In this document: one piece after another, positions 1-24,307 of the stretch
Layout: each line of letters begins with the position of its first letter
Position numbering within the stretch: the first letter of the stretch is position 1
Assembly (NCBI RefSeq): GCF_009914755.1
Contig: NC_060942.1
DNA: 64,000 bases
Source: the human T2T-CHM13v2.0 reference genome, Homo sapiens
Direction: 5' to 3' (one strand)
The notes under the pieces: model-generated
Database searches by the model: none
What the model saw: the letters and a program-made list of their open reading frames with translations, nothing else
Told to the model about the DNA's origin: nothing
Program-made: the position numbers and the translations under genes

Positions 1-254
1 GAGCCAAATATCCTTCAAGCCCTGGTAGGCCTCTGAGGTTTCTATAACTACAAGTTTGCAAGGTCTGGACTGCAAACAGACTTCATGTGTCTTTAGAGCT
101 GGAGGGGGACTGACTTTCTTTGTAGAAGCTAAAGGGCCAGAAAGGACCCATACGTAACAGAAGGACCCTCTGCAAGCAGGACCAAGACAGTCCCCAGATT
201 ATTGTCTTGAGGCTGTTCCAAGAACAGCACTCAGGCTTCCACTTCCCCAAGAAA

Positions 255-410
255 GAAGAGCAGACTTTGGAGTCAGACAGATCTGGGTTGAATTCTGGTT
301 CCACAATTTCTGAGCTAAACGATTTGGGGAAAGCTACTTAACATCTCTGAGCCTCAGTTTTCTCCTCATGAAGGTGCTGTGAGAACGAAATTAAGTAATG
401 CATGTAGCGT
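255..410 (+). mobile_element. MIR SINE fragment
   Basis: GACTTTGGAGTCAGACAGA..TGGGTT..AAT and CTTAACATCTCTGAGCCTCAGTTT core motifs. Confidence 0.7.
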
Positions 411-1572
411 GTCATTTTCAATGTTAGTTCATCTGCATAATCCAGATGGTGGACAGCTCGCATGTCTTAGTTGCCAGCACCTGGCCACTCCTCCAAGGAG
501 GGATGAAGGTCAAACAGAACCTGTCCAGGGAAGGGCAGTCAGGATGGTGAGAGATCTGGAAATTACGTCCCATGTGGAAGGGCTGAAGGAACTGAGTATG
601 AAGAACTAGACTAAGAGGAGACTTGTGATAAGTAGAACCATCCTCAGGGGGGCATGATTAGACTTATTTTCTGTTATGCCAATGAGCCAAATTAAGACCA
701 AGTTTTCGAAGTTACAGAATGCAGATTTCAGCTCCATATAAGAACTTTCTGAAAACAATATCAGCAGCAATAATTGTCAATTCACATTACAGGCTGTTTT
801 CTGTGAGCAAGGCACTGTTATCTTATTTAAGTCTCCAAATAACCCTATGAGAAAGGGTGCAGTAGAAAGTTATTTAATGACTCAGGAATCACTTCACCAT
901 AGGTGGTTCAGTGAAATTAAGCTTACTAGTAGTGAAATGGTCTATGTGGAAGAGAAATGAGATCCCAATCACTGCATGTGTTCAAGCAGAGGCTGGCTGA
1001 ACAGGTAGTAAAATAAAGTTACAACAGCGTAGGGAATGTTAGTGATTTGAGTTCTAGGGACATGAGAGGATTCCGACAGAGATGCACAGCCAGTGAGCTG
1101 CACAAATGACTGAGCAAGCTCCTGAACCGGCGTCCTCTAAGGCCTCCTGTGGTGCTATGGTAATGAATTCCTTGCAAGGCCAGCTGTTAGCAGCAAGACT
1201 CAGAAAGTGCTGCAGAGAGTTTGAATGCTCCAAAAGCAGTGACTCCAGCATTCCTGGGTATTGCCTGCCTGATAAGGTAAGAAGCTACACAGTTCGTTCT
1301 CCAGTCCCTCCTGCATGCAGGAGAGCTTAGATGCACTCTACAGAGCCCCCATTCATTCTTCCTTTTCCTGAGCCCTTAGCCTAGCCTGGGGAAAGAGGTT
1401 GAGACAGCCTGATCACTATGGGTCCTGGTGGCCTTCTGGCCATCAGAAAAGATGTCAGAGGAGCAGTTCTGATGGCAGAACTTAGGGAGGGGGCACAGTG
1501 CAGCTGTCACTGTCTCCTTCCTGTCTGGGACAAATTAGGAAAAGTCACAAACTAATAATAGTTAACATGGGG

Positions 1573-2825
<1,253 letters not shown>

Positions 2826-3079
2826 GTACTTATTTATTGTCCCCCATTGTACAGCCGCAACAAGTTAAATACAATTCCCAACATTGCAAAGCTAGCCAGT
2901 GGAGGCTCACACACCAGCAGTCTAGCTGCACAGCCCACACTGTCACTCACTGGAAAAGGCTGTCCCAGAGCTCCTTTTGCCAACACTGCCAGTGTTGGAA
3001 GACTCACACTTGGCTTCCTCAGAGTTAGCTTGTGTTTCCAGCTAACATGGACTGTAATATCTGACTGTAATACCTGGGT

Positions 3080-4112
3080 ATATTGGTTTACTAGGGTGCC
3101 ATACCAAAGTACCACAAACAGTGGACATTTATTGTCTCATAGGCCTGGAGGCCAAAAGTCCAAAATCAAGGCATTGTCAGAGTTGGTTCCTTCTGAGGGC
3201 TGCGAGGAAGAAACTGTTTCATGCTCTCCCCTACTTTCTGCTGGTCTACTGACAATTCTTGGCATTCCTTGGCTTGTAGAAGGAACACCCTTATATCCAC
3301 CTTCATCTTCACATGTTCCTCTGTGTGTGTGTTTACATAGAAATTTCCTCTTTATATAAGGACGCCAGTCATATTGGGTTAGGGCCCACCCTGGTGACTT
3401 CATTATAACCTAATTCTATCTACAATGTACCTATTTCCAAATAAAGCCTGTTAAATAAAATTTATAGGCGGCCATTGGCTTGGACTGAGCTCCTGCACTA
3501 GGCCCAACCAAAATGGAGTCATTCATGCTAAGGTTCCATGTCACCAAATTGAAACTAATTTGTTTATCTGACCATCTGAGAAATGAAGAGAGTGAGGGAT
3601 AATAGCCAAATCCCCAAAGAAGCCAGTTTTAGCCGGCATGATAAGGAAATCCCCTCTGCTTCAGCCTTAACAAGAAAGTAACTCTGAAACAACCAATCCA
3701 CTTTTTGTTTTCTGTTTCCGCTTTCCTTAGCCTTTTTCTCTCCATTGGACCAAACTCCTCTGCTCAGCTCTTGGGAACACCCGTTTTATTTTATAGGATG
3801 AGGTGTTGCTTGATTCTAGAATTGTAAATAAAAGCAGTTAAGATATTTAAATTTGTTGTAATTTTGTTTTGTTTTTTTTTTCTCGCTCTGTTGCCCAAGC
3901 TGGAGTGCAGTGGTGCGATCTGGGCTTACTGCAACCTCCACCTCCCAGGTTCAATCAGTTCTCATGCCTCAGCCTCCTGAGTAGCTGGGATTACAGGCAT
4001 GAGCTACCACACCCAATCCTAATTTTGTCTTTTGAAAGATCAAATTCTGAGGTACTGGGGGTTAGGACTTGAACAAATGAATTTTGGAGGGACACAATTC
4101 AACCCATAACAT
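3080..4112. mobile_element. MLT1-type LTR (-) split by an ERV1 LTR (+, ~3449-4036, LTR26-like) that is itself split by an Alu arm (~3870-4017)
   Basis: The MLT1 sequence CCAAATAA|...ATTCTGAGGTACTGGGGGTTAGGACTT is interrupted by TGTTAAATAAAATTTATAGG...; subfamily names are from recall. Confidence 0.65.
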
Positions 4113-4282
4113 GAGGTGCAAACACTACTCTAGGCAAGATTTGAAGAAATAGAACTGACCTCGGTGGCCAAGAACAGATTTATTGGTGTCTTTGAACCCA
4201 AATAGGTAAAAATTATTTCCATTTACACTAGGTCATATCTTATAGTCTCCCAGAAGCCAGTGGCACGAGCCTGGAAGATTTA

Positions 4283-4444
<162 letters not shown>

Positions 4445-5477
4445 CTACTCTGCACTGCCCATGGTTTTGCAGAGGATGGGGGTCAGGATGTCTAGAGGAA
4501 AGAGTATTGAACGGCAATGACTCAAACTTCCAAGCCCTCTTCTAGGTCACCATGTGACTTAGCTGTTTGACAAGATCACTGAAATTGCCCTTTCAAGAGC
4601 TACTAAAGTGTCAGGGGAAGAGATTCGAGTAATTTGTTGATTTAGCATTATGGTAATTTCTTATTGTACTGTGTTTTTTTCTGTTTAGTTCCAAAACGTT
4701 TAGCAACTGTACCCTCCAAGGCACTGTGGGAGGTGGCAAGATAAAGACAGCACTGTCTACAAGGAGCTCACCATCCTGTGAAAGACACAGCAGGTAGCCA
4801 GCTACCTGTAGGGCAAGGTCACCCGGATAAGAAGTGTTGTACAGAGCTTGCAGAAACAAGGGCAAGAGAAGGGGAGGAAGGGAAGGCTTCCTAGAGGTGT
4901 GGTACTTCAATGGGGCCAACTCATCACAGGTTATTTTGCCTCCTACAGGTGGCAATGAACCCCCAATAACACATAGCCCTCTTCTGTTAAAGACCACCAG
5001 AATACACAACTTCTTAAAAAAGAAAAGCTAAATGAGAGATTCACCAAGGATAGAGGCTTTTCCTTTCACATAATCATCAGAATGGAGCAGGGGAGGGTAA
5101 GGAAGACCTTTTACTTTTTGCAATATACAGATATTTCTGAATTATCATTTTTTGAGAGAACATTTAGTGTTCATTCCATAAATATTTAAGTATCGACTCT
5201 GAACCAGGCACTGCTATAGGTGCTGGGGATTCAGCCTGTACTATTATTATAATAAAAATTATAATAGAAACACTGAGAATAGATGACAAATGATTAGGCT
5301 TTGAAACAGATTGCTTGAGTGTGCATGACTGTCATTGATATTGATTTATTTTCCTTCAGATTGTTTAAAGTCTATCTTGAACGTCAACAATTAAAAAAAA
5401 GGCACCATTAAAAAATATCCAAATGAGGGGTCAGGAAGGATTTTTATACTATCTGTATTTTAAAAAATCTTCTACAG

Positions 5478-5915
5478 AGAACACATCAAGCCCAGGCAGT
5501 GGTGGAAAGGTGATGGGGTTGAAGGACACACCTAAACATGTGGAATCCCAATGCCAGGCAGCCAGGGCCAAATCCATATCCCCCCAACATCGGGTACCCT
5601 GGAGGTTCCAATCCTGCCCACCCACCACCTGTCAATCTACCCTTTCCCCCAGGCCCCTTTCCTCCTCCCTCAGGAGCTCCCCAGGGCAATCCAGCTTTCC
5701 CCCCAGGTGGACGCCCTCATCCTGTGCCACAGCCAGGGTGTCCAACCTTCGGGTCCCTACCTTCCTCCATACCCACCACCTGCCCCTGGAATGCCTCCTG
5801 TGAATCCCTTGGCCCCTGGCTTGGTTGGACCAGGAGTGATAGTGGACAAGAAGATGTAGAAGAAAATGAAGAAAGCTCATAAAAAGATGCACAAGCACCA
5901 CAAGCATGGCAAGCA

Positions 5916-5946
<31 letters not shown>

Positions 5947-6245
5947 AGCAGTGACCCTGACTGAATACAGGCCCTGGACCCTTCCCTCAAGTCTCACCAG
6001 TTCTGCTCTCCCATCAAGCATCAGATGCCATGTTGTACTGGGGGAAAGTAGCCCTTGTGCTCCCCCCACCACCACCCCGCAAGCCTCACCCTGCTGTTGA
6101 GCCCTGAGTGGCGAGGGAAAATGGGAAGAGGATTGCCATGGCATGGCCATCTTCTTGCTGCTTGGATAGATCACATAGCTAATGAGTTTAGCAGGGGAGC
6201 CATTTTTTGAAGATGATGAACTAAATGTTGAAGACAAGTTAAAAT
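5478..6245 (+). pseudogene. PRR13P4: Processed pseudogene of PRR13 (proline-rich 13)
   Basis: Intronless MWNPNA.QPGPNPYPPNIG.PGGSNPAHPPP...VIVDKKM*KKMKKAHKKMHKH...SSSS starting at ATG 5538. Frameshift near 5745, premature TAG at 5857-5859, ancestral TGA at 5962-5964. 13-bp TSD AAATCTTCTACAG at 5465-5477 and 6246-6258. The pseudogene number is from recall. Confidence 0.9.
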
Positions 6246-6421
6246 AAATCTTCTACAGTACGAATATATTAATGTATTACTTGCAGAATAAAATTAAAAT
6301 TTAGGAAAGATGTGTTGGTAAGTTAAGTTTTAGAGAGCTGATTATGCTGCTGTTGTTTCTTTTTTTAATTATGAAACATACCATAAATGAAAAGACATAT
6401 ATAACAGATGCACAATTTAAA

Positions 6422-6891
6422 TTTTTTTTTTAAATTTCAGTAGTTTTAGGGGTTCAGGTGGTTTAGGGATACATGGATAAGTTCTTTAGTGGTGATTTCT
6501 GGGATTTTAGTGCACCCATCACCCGAATGTACACTGTGCCCAATGTATAGTCTTTTATTCCTCACCCCCTCCCAACCTTCCCCACCAAGTCCCCAAAGTC
6601 CATTATATCATTCTTATGCCTTTACATCCTCCTAGCTTAGCTCCCACTTAAAAGTGAGAACTTACAATATTTGTTTTTCCATTCCTGAGTTACTTCACTT
6701 AGAAAAACAGCCTCCACCTCCATCCACGTTGCTGCAAAAGACATTATTTCATTCCTTTTTATGGCTGAGTAGTATTCCATGGTGTATATATACCAAGTTT
6801 TCTTTATGTACTCATTGGTTGATGGGCACGTAAGTTGGTTCCATATCTTTGCAATTGTGAATTGTGCTGCTATAAACGTGGGTGTGCATGT
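6422..6891 (-). mobile_element. L1 3' end fragment (L1PB-type)
   Basis: L1 ORF2 C-terminal WYIYTMEYYSAIKRNEIMSFAATWM plus 3' UTR; degenerate TSD CAGA.GCACA.TTTAAA / CAGACACACAGTTTAAA. Confidence 0.85.
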
Positions 6892-8030
6892 CAGACACAC
6901 AGTTTAAAGGATAATACCCTCTAACATTCTGAGGCTAAAAACAATTACCCAACTAAGAAATAAAATAGGAACAATATCCTAGAAGCCCCCTCTGTGCTGA
7001 TCCTGGGATCTTCTCTCTCTCCCCAGAGATAACCACCATCTTGACTTCTCTAATAACTCTCTAGATTTTAGAAATTATTTTGCTACCTTTCTATGTATCT
7101 CTAAATAATGTATTATTTAGCTTTGTCTGTTTTTGAACTATATAAAAACAGAATCATTCAGTATGTATTATTCTATGACTTCCTTTTTTCCTCTCAAAAT
7201 TCTTTTTGAGATTCACCCATGTGGATGCATGCATGCATCTAATAATTCAGTTTTTAAATTAATTTATGTTTTATTCACTTGCTTTGGTAAGCTGATGAAT
7301 GTTAAGGGTATATCTAACATTTGTATGTATTTATTTGTGTAACCACCACTGACATCAAGATAGAGAACATTTTTAGCACCCTAGAAAGCTCGCTTGTTCT
7401 TCTTTCCAATTACTATCCCACAGAAGTAACCACCATTCATACCTAAGCAACAAACATTAGTTTTGAGTTCTTTCATTTTTCACTGCTGCATAGTATTCCA
7501 GTATATGCATATTTTATACATACATACATACATACATATATATGTATATATATATTTTTCTAAGCCAGAGTCTTGCTCTGTCACTCAGGCTGGAGTGCAG
7601 TGGCACAATCATGGCTCACTGTAGCCTTGAACTCCTGGGCTCAAGTGATCTCCCACCTTAGCCTTCTGAGTAGCTAGGACTCCAGGCACAAACCACCATT
7701 CCTGGCTATATTTTGTAAATTTGGTCATAAAGTGATTGCTGATTGGCTCTTGGATCTCTGGATGAGGTTAGCGAAGCAAGCTTACCTCCATTATTTGATT
7801 AACCTAAAATGACATAAGTCTACAGTTTACACAATGGTATTTTTTGAAACTCACTTAAAACATCATAACAGAGATTTATTACACCAGTTTATTTAATCCT
7901 TCCTACTTTAGAAGGACTTTTTTGGGGATGTTGTTTTTTTGGGGCTAACACAAACAGTGCTTCCAAGAATATTCTTCCACCTGTCTCCAGGTATACAGGT
8001 ACATTATTTTCACTGGGATCCACACTCTAG

Positions 8031-8300
<270 letters not shown>

Positions 8301-8829
8301 TGATTCACCCACTGAGCCTCCCAAAGTGCTGGAATTACAGGCATAAGCCACTGCGCCCTGCTGTGCATGTTTAACTTTACCAGATAATGCTGACAAAGCA
8401 GTTGTACCAATTTGCACTCCCACCAGCAGTACACGAGAACTGCCTCTGCTCTTCATCCTCCCAACCTTTGATATTTAATCTTAACCATTCTGGTGGTTTC
8501 TCATTAGGGTTCTAATTTGCATTTTTCTGATGAAACCTGTGTCTTCATATTTATGCACCTGTCTTCTTTCCTCTCCTATGTGAAATACACTATTTATTTA
8601 ACTGTCTTCCTCATGCCCCCTCCATCTGAAATGATTTCTAGTCATCCAATTTAGGGTCAGAAAAGACTATGCTGAGTGGCTGTCTAAATGACAAGAAAAT
8701 AAAATCTCCAGAGTTTAAAATCAATAAAGCCTAGGGGCATTAATAGATGGGAACTATGAGATTCCAATCCTCAGCGGGTTCCCAAGTAATTGAAGGACTG
8801 GAATAGTTTGTCAGCAAAGGGGTCAAGTT

Positions 8830-10010
<1,181 letters not shown>

Positions 10011-10529
10011 AAGGAATTCCGGAACTACACCTGCTGAATTATCAAGTCAGGAATAAGACCCTTGTGTAAAGTATAGACCTAGGGGAATCTTTGACATTGC
10101 TGTCAATGTGTATGGTGCCTTCTGAAATTGGGCAGCGCACGCTTAGCCCCACTGTACACAGCACCCTTGCAGGAAACTTGGCTCATGCCCTGTTACAGCA
10201 TCTGGGCTACCGCTTTTAACCTTTTTAGCCCTTAGTAAAAATGACAGGATTGGTTTGAACGTACCCTAAGGTCCAGACCAGCTCAACGTTTGAGCATTTG
10301 GTATATTTTGTGAATCGTCTACCACATGCCAGCCCTTCACAGTTCATCTATAGTTGTTACTTTCTCAATTTCACCCTCTCCTTTCACTTGAAAAATCTGA
10401 AATTTCTTTACATCCTCAATTTAAACTTACCGATATTCAACTCTCTGCCCAAATGCCTTCTGCTCTTTTTCTTCAAACCTTCCATGCTGTCAGTTCATAA
10501 GAACAAGTTTGCCCATTGTCTTCTGTTTT

Positions 10530-12385
<1,856 letters not shown>

Positions 12386-12535
12386 TCTTTGCTTCTTTAT
12401 TAAGGAGCTGTCGCCATGTCAATAAATTTAGCTTTGAGGTTAGAACAAGCAAGTAGCTCCCTGTGGAGGAAACCATAAGAAAACTTCCATTTCCTCTTTG
12501 ATTACGACTGAACTAGACTTAAGATCAGTCTCTGC

Positions 12536-16525
<3,990 letters not shown>

Positions 16526-18082
16526 ATGATGTGCATATTTAAGAACAAATTAATTTTCAAAAAGTTGCTAGAAGGTTACACACAAAATCAACTGGGGCGG
16601 ACTCTGGATGCACTGCCTATGAATTAGCCTTGCTCCACAAGGAGCAGCACTGTTCAGGAAAAGACTACTGTCTAACAAAAACAAACCATACAACAACAAC
16701 AACAACAAAAAAACAATTGGTTACCTCTGTGGAGCTGGAATAAGGGAATGAGAGTTGAGAAAAAACATTCGCTTTTCATTTAGGATCCTCTTGCATTGTT
16801 GTACTGTAAATATCTGTTATTTTTATAATAGTATTTATACCTTAAAAAAGTTTATTTGCTAATGAGAATTTATCTTATCCCTCAGGTGGCTTTGGACAGA
16901 AAAGCTGAGACCTGCTGATTTACATGATTTATATCAAATAAAGCCCAAGGTAAATCAGTGACTTGACCAGCCACAGAACTTAATAGAGCCTGAGTTAGGA
17001 CCCAGACTTCATTAGGGACCCAAGGGCAGGAGTTCCTTTTAATCTTTCCCAGCTTCAGAGTGAATACAAAAAATATATAAGGATGCATCTCATCATCTTT
17101 GAATATTTATAGGTCCCTACACTGAATTTTCAAAGCCCAAGATAAAAATCACATAGCGGCCCAGGTCCAGACCCAGGCCCAGCCAGCCATATGAGTGAGC
17201 CCAGAACAGCAAAGAACTGCCCAGTCGAGTCACTGCTGCTGAAAACCACTAAATTTTGGAGTGTCTTGTTACGCAACAATAGTAATTGTTGTCCCACCAC
17301 TACACAGATGCCATCACAACATCCAAATTCTGCCTTCTGACGTGGTGAAAAATTTCCCTTTTGAATATTTCAATAGACTTTAAAAGAAAATGAACTACCA
17401 GTTAAACTGAATGTTTAATACATTTGTAGGAACAGAAGAAATGCAGTAAGGATTAAAATTTTATAATTAGACATTAATGTAACAGATGTTTCATTTTTCA
17501 AAGAAGTTTCCCCCTTTTCCCTATCTTTTTTTAATCTTCCTTAGAGCAATAAATAGTAATTACTATATTTGTGGACAAGCTGCTCCACTGTGTTGGACAG
17601 TAATTATTAAATCTTTATGTTTCACATCATTATTACCTCCCAAAATTCTACCTTCATTTCCCTGCACAGTTTCACTGGACTGTTTCACAACAAAATTGTA
17701 CTCCACTCAAATTAGAAGAGCCCAAAGAAATTAGAGCAAACAGCAAATTCATATGAATTAGAGAACCAAAGATTTTAAAGTGCTGATTTAGTAACATAAT
17801 GTCTACTGGCACAAACCTTCTATTTAATCATATTATTCAAACAGCAATAACAGAAATGAAAGCTACATTAACGAAAAAGGAACTTAGGAATGAGGTCATT
17901 AAATATAACTAACTACATTTTAAATACGGATATCATATATTTCCTGATTAGTATCAGGTAAATATCTAGACTCCTATCCTGAATTCCGGTCTCAGATAAA
18001 AAGGTCAGAGACAATTACAAGGAAGATGCTTCATATTATCAGGTCCATTTTTTAAATGATGGGGTCCTTTAGGAAAATTTCT

Positions 18083-18148
18083 TTAGTCTTTCTTTTTATC
18101 ACAGATTTCTGTTGGTCCTTTTGTTGGTAATCCATTCATGTCTGCACC
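18083..18148 (-). CDS. C18orf32: C18orf32 exon 3 coding part (GADMNGLPTKGPTEICDKKKD*)
   Basis: TTTTAG| acceptor and TAA at 18085-18083, giving 76 aa in total. An AT-rich unique 3' UTR follows, with candidate ATTAAA at 17414-17419 and AATAAA at 16851-16856. Confidence 0.93.
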   Translation of the reverse strand, partial: GADMNGLPTKGPTEICDKKKD

Positions 18149-18185
18149 CTAAAATGAAAAAACATTTTAGAAATTATCATAACAA

Positions 18186-18835
<650 letters not shown>

Positions 18836-19297
18836 TCAAGAAACATTCTCTTTAAAAACAGACAAGCTCCAGAGTGAAAACATTTTGCTTCCAGAAACGG
18901 GCCGGATGGCTAAATTAGTGCAGCTGAGTACAAAGCTGAATCTAAAAAAGCACCAATTCTAAAGACAACAGAGTTGTCCACTCATTTTTAAAAAAATTGT
19001 TTTTTTTTTAAATCTCTATGATCCTTCTAATTAAATCTCTTATCAAAGTCATCAATCAGTGAAACTGGTTTGTATCAGCATAATCTCTCCTCATCCATTA
19101 GCTATTTACCATTGCACTTACCAGTCAGAAAATATGGTTATCATTTTGGCCAAAGGACAAATGCATTAATCAGAGGCCTACTTTAAAACTTTAATTTAAG
19201 CCAAATGTTACACAAACTATTGAAGCTTCTGGTTCTAAAACTTGTCCTTCCAAAATCTAGTGTTTCACCCAAGTACCACCCCCTTTCACTGCTCTTA

Positions 19298-19534
<237 letters not shown>

Positions 19535-19594
19535 TTAGTTCATCACAGATTAGTAACTGAAAGAATTTACCAAGATTAAGATATCTGAAAGGGG

Positions 19595-21842
<2,248 letters not shown>

Positions 21843-22947
21843 TCCAAAAGTTGTAACCTGTCCAAAGTTCTCACAGAGGTAACTGGTAACTAGAGCTTCT
21901 AAGACCATTATTTCCAGTTCTGGTTTTCCTCAATGCTCTTGCCTTTTCCTCTTCCAAAAACACAATGGTCATGTTTTTACCAAACTTTTACCAAACTTTC
22001 CAAACCAACGAAACCCCTTCAAAACAACTGACAATGCTACCAGTACTAGTTTAGTGACTGACAGGCCCTCCATCATAAAGATTCATTTTTACTTCTGCAA
22101 TTGTGTTTTAAGTAAGTTCGCACACAGTACGATGTACATAAACTCTCGAGAACAAATACTACTAATCACTTACGCCACAATTACGGCTTTTAAGAGACTT
22201 TTTAGCTCTCTTCGGAATGAAGCCTATTTGTATCTTATCTTTTAATCTTCATAATAATACTTCGGTAAGATATTTTACTTCACACATATGGAAACTGGGT
22301 CAGAAAAGTCTAGAAGGTGGCTACGAGATATTATTATTTTAATTATTCGCTCCAAGCCAACAAAGCGAGCAAAACGGATTAAAGCTGTTGCAGAGGAATC
22401 TTCTTTCACTCAACTTAAGTCCAGACAACAGAGTAGACAGTTAAAGTCTGAGGCTCCATCCGAAATAGGGAAGGCATAACAGGGAAAGTCACCTTCCTCC
22501 AAGTCATCCAGTTGAGCATGTCATCTTAGTGGAGACAGAGGGAGCGGGGACAGGTTGAGTCAATGACAATGATTGAAAAGAGACGAGAACAGAGGCCTAA
22601 CGGTGAAGGTCATAGAAAGGATGTGAAACCGATACTTGGCCACGGAAAAGAACAAAATCAATATAAAGTATCGGAGAGGCAAATGCAAGCTCCGAGGGCG
22701 CCGGTGGTGGACAAAGAATACAGACAGAGGGGAGGGGAGGGCGGGGCGGAGGGCGGAGGAGCGCGCTCGCGGAAGGAAGGTACCCTGAGAGCGAAGGCAG
22801 GCACCGCGGAGGCCGGCGGGCCGCGACCGCCGAGGAGGGAGGAGGCAGGAGGCCGCGCACCGCCTAGGACTCTGCGAGCGCGGCCCGGGCTGGGCCTGCG
22901 GAGCAGCTACAAAGCCCAACCCAGGCCGCTAGCCCGGGCACACTCAC

Positions 22948-22990
22948 CCGCGACCGCGGAAACGCAGCTGACAATGTCCGCACTTCCGGA
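22948..22990 (-). other. C18orf32: C18orf32 non-coding exon 1
   Basis: GG|GTGAGT donor at 22947-22942 inside the CpG island; the TSS is approximate, near the ETS site CCGGAAGT (22982-22989). Confidence 0.75.
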
Positions 22991-23113
22991 GGGAGGGACG
23001 ATCCGCAGCCGAGCCAATGGGCGCCTTCAACGGGGACGACAAAGGCGCGCTTGCGTCAACCCGGGGTCGCACAGCACGCAGCAGTGTTGCCCAAGGGGCG
23101 CGGCGAGGCTTCC

Positions 23114-23163
23114 GGCTCTGCGGCCTGCAGGTAGCGCGAAAGTCCTGCGCGTCCCAGATGCCC
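23114..23163 (+). ncRNA. MIR1539: Annotated microRNA precursor mir-1539
   Basis: GGCTCTGCGGCCTGCAGG...TCCTGCGCGTCCCAGATGCCC recognised from recall; the two ends can pair (GGC-TCTG / CAGATGCC). Whether it is a genuine miRNA cannot be established from sequence. Confidence 0.75.
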
Positions 23164-24241
23164 AACTAAAAGCTTCGCTGCGGGAAGAAAGCCTGACCTG
23201 ACTACACCCAGACCCAGAACGCAGGATCTCGGTAAAGGATGATGCCTGTGCAAACGGCGCGGCACCCACACGGAAGGTGGCAGCTAGGCCGTTGAGGCAA
23301 CTGTGGATAAGCTATTAGTTTTGCTGGTTTCTTAAATTCAAGGGCAGAGCAAACTAACATTAAGGCCAACTTTACAAACGTCAGTTGCTTAAAAGAAGCA
23401 GTTACATCACTTTATAAACGAAAAGTACTGACGCTCGCTAGGATGTCAGTACGTGTTGGCGAAGTTGTGTGAAAACTGGGACCCTCATAAACCGTTGGTG
23501 GAAATGTAGCGTGCAGCCTTTTTGGAAATATTTGGAAGTTCCTCAGATGTTTACTCAGGTAACCTTATGATCTAGCAATTCCACTCTAGTATATACTCAA
23601 TAAATGAAAACACAAAAATCTGCACACAAACGTTCACAGTACCATCGTTCCTAATAGCAAAAACAAAACCCCTTTATCAATTGACGAAATGATACAGGTT
23701 GAGCATCAACCTAAAAAGCTTCAAAACCTGAGCCTGAGTGCTGTTATCATACTCAAAGGCAATGCTCAATGGAGCCATTTCCAACTGGGGATGATCAACT
23801 GGTATATTCACATACTGGATTGTTCTGCAAAGAAAACCACTGCAAATTCCTTTTGGGATAATGAAACTTTTTTTGAGACAGGGTCTTGTTCTGTCTTGCC
23901 CACGCTGGGGTGCAGTAGTGCTCACTGCAGCCTCCCACCTCAGCCCCCCAATTAGCTGGGACTACATGCAAGTGACACCACACTTACTTTTTTTTAACAG
24001 ACAGGGTTCTGACATGTTGCCCTGGCTGGGCTTAAGCAGTCAGCCTCCACCTCCCAAAGTGCTGGGACTACAGAAATGAGCCACTGTGCCCAGCCATGAA
24101 AATGGTTTTTAATGGTGCAGGGTAAACAATCTTGTGTTTCTAGTTCTAATCCTAAAAAATCCTCATTTGATCCATCTTGTAAGGACACTTGAAATATGTT
24201 CACTAATAAAGACAACCAACATTCTTTTCCTTTTAATTACA

Positions 24242-24252
24242 TTTATTTTAAT
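24242..24252 (-). terminator. RPL17: RPL17 polyadenylation signals (overlapping ATTAAA/AATAAA)
   Basis: The minus strand reads ATTAAAATAAA just after the stop, followed by a GU-rich downstream tract (GTTGGTTGTCTTT). Confidence 0.85.
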
Positions 24253-24259
24253 GCTGAAT

Positions 24260-24307
24260 TTACTCCCGTGCCATAAGTTTTTGTTTCTTCAGTTTCTTCT
24301 GGGATAT
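24260..24307 (-). CDS. RPL17: RPL17 exon 7 coding part (ISQKKLKKQKLMARE*)
   Basis: CCCCAG| acceptor; TAA stop at 24262-24260. Confidence 0.97.
   Translation of the reverse strand: MSQKKLKKQKLMARE

Larger units (their letters stand above)
22690..23290. promoter_or_regulatory. C18orf32/MIR1539 CpG island promoter
   Basis: Dense CpG; GC boxes at 22743-22756; ETS/GABP site ACTTCCGG at 22982-22989; CCAAT at 23014-23018. Confidence 0.85.

Noticed and set aside
1055-1282. Possible plus-strand exon ending at the strong donor AAG|GTAAGA (1276/1277)
   Set aside because: No convincing acceptor or partner exon can be supported from sequence alone.
2847-3359. 170-aa plus-strand ORF
   Set aside because: Non-ATG start; runs into an MLT1 LTR; no domain or splice support.
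5632-6237. 201-aa minus-strand ORF
   Set aside because: Antisense shadow of the low-complexity PRR13 pseudogene.
22563-23201. 212-aa plus-strand ORF across the C18orf32 CpG island
   Set aside because: Stop-poor GC-rich sequence giving an Arg/Ala/Gly/Pro-biased peptide antisense to exon 1; no recognisable homology.
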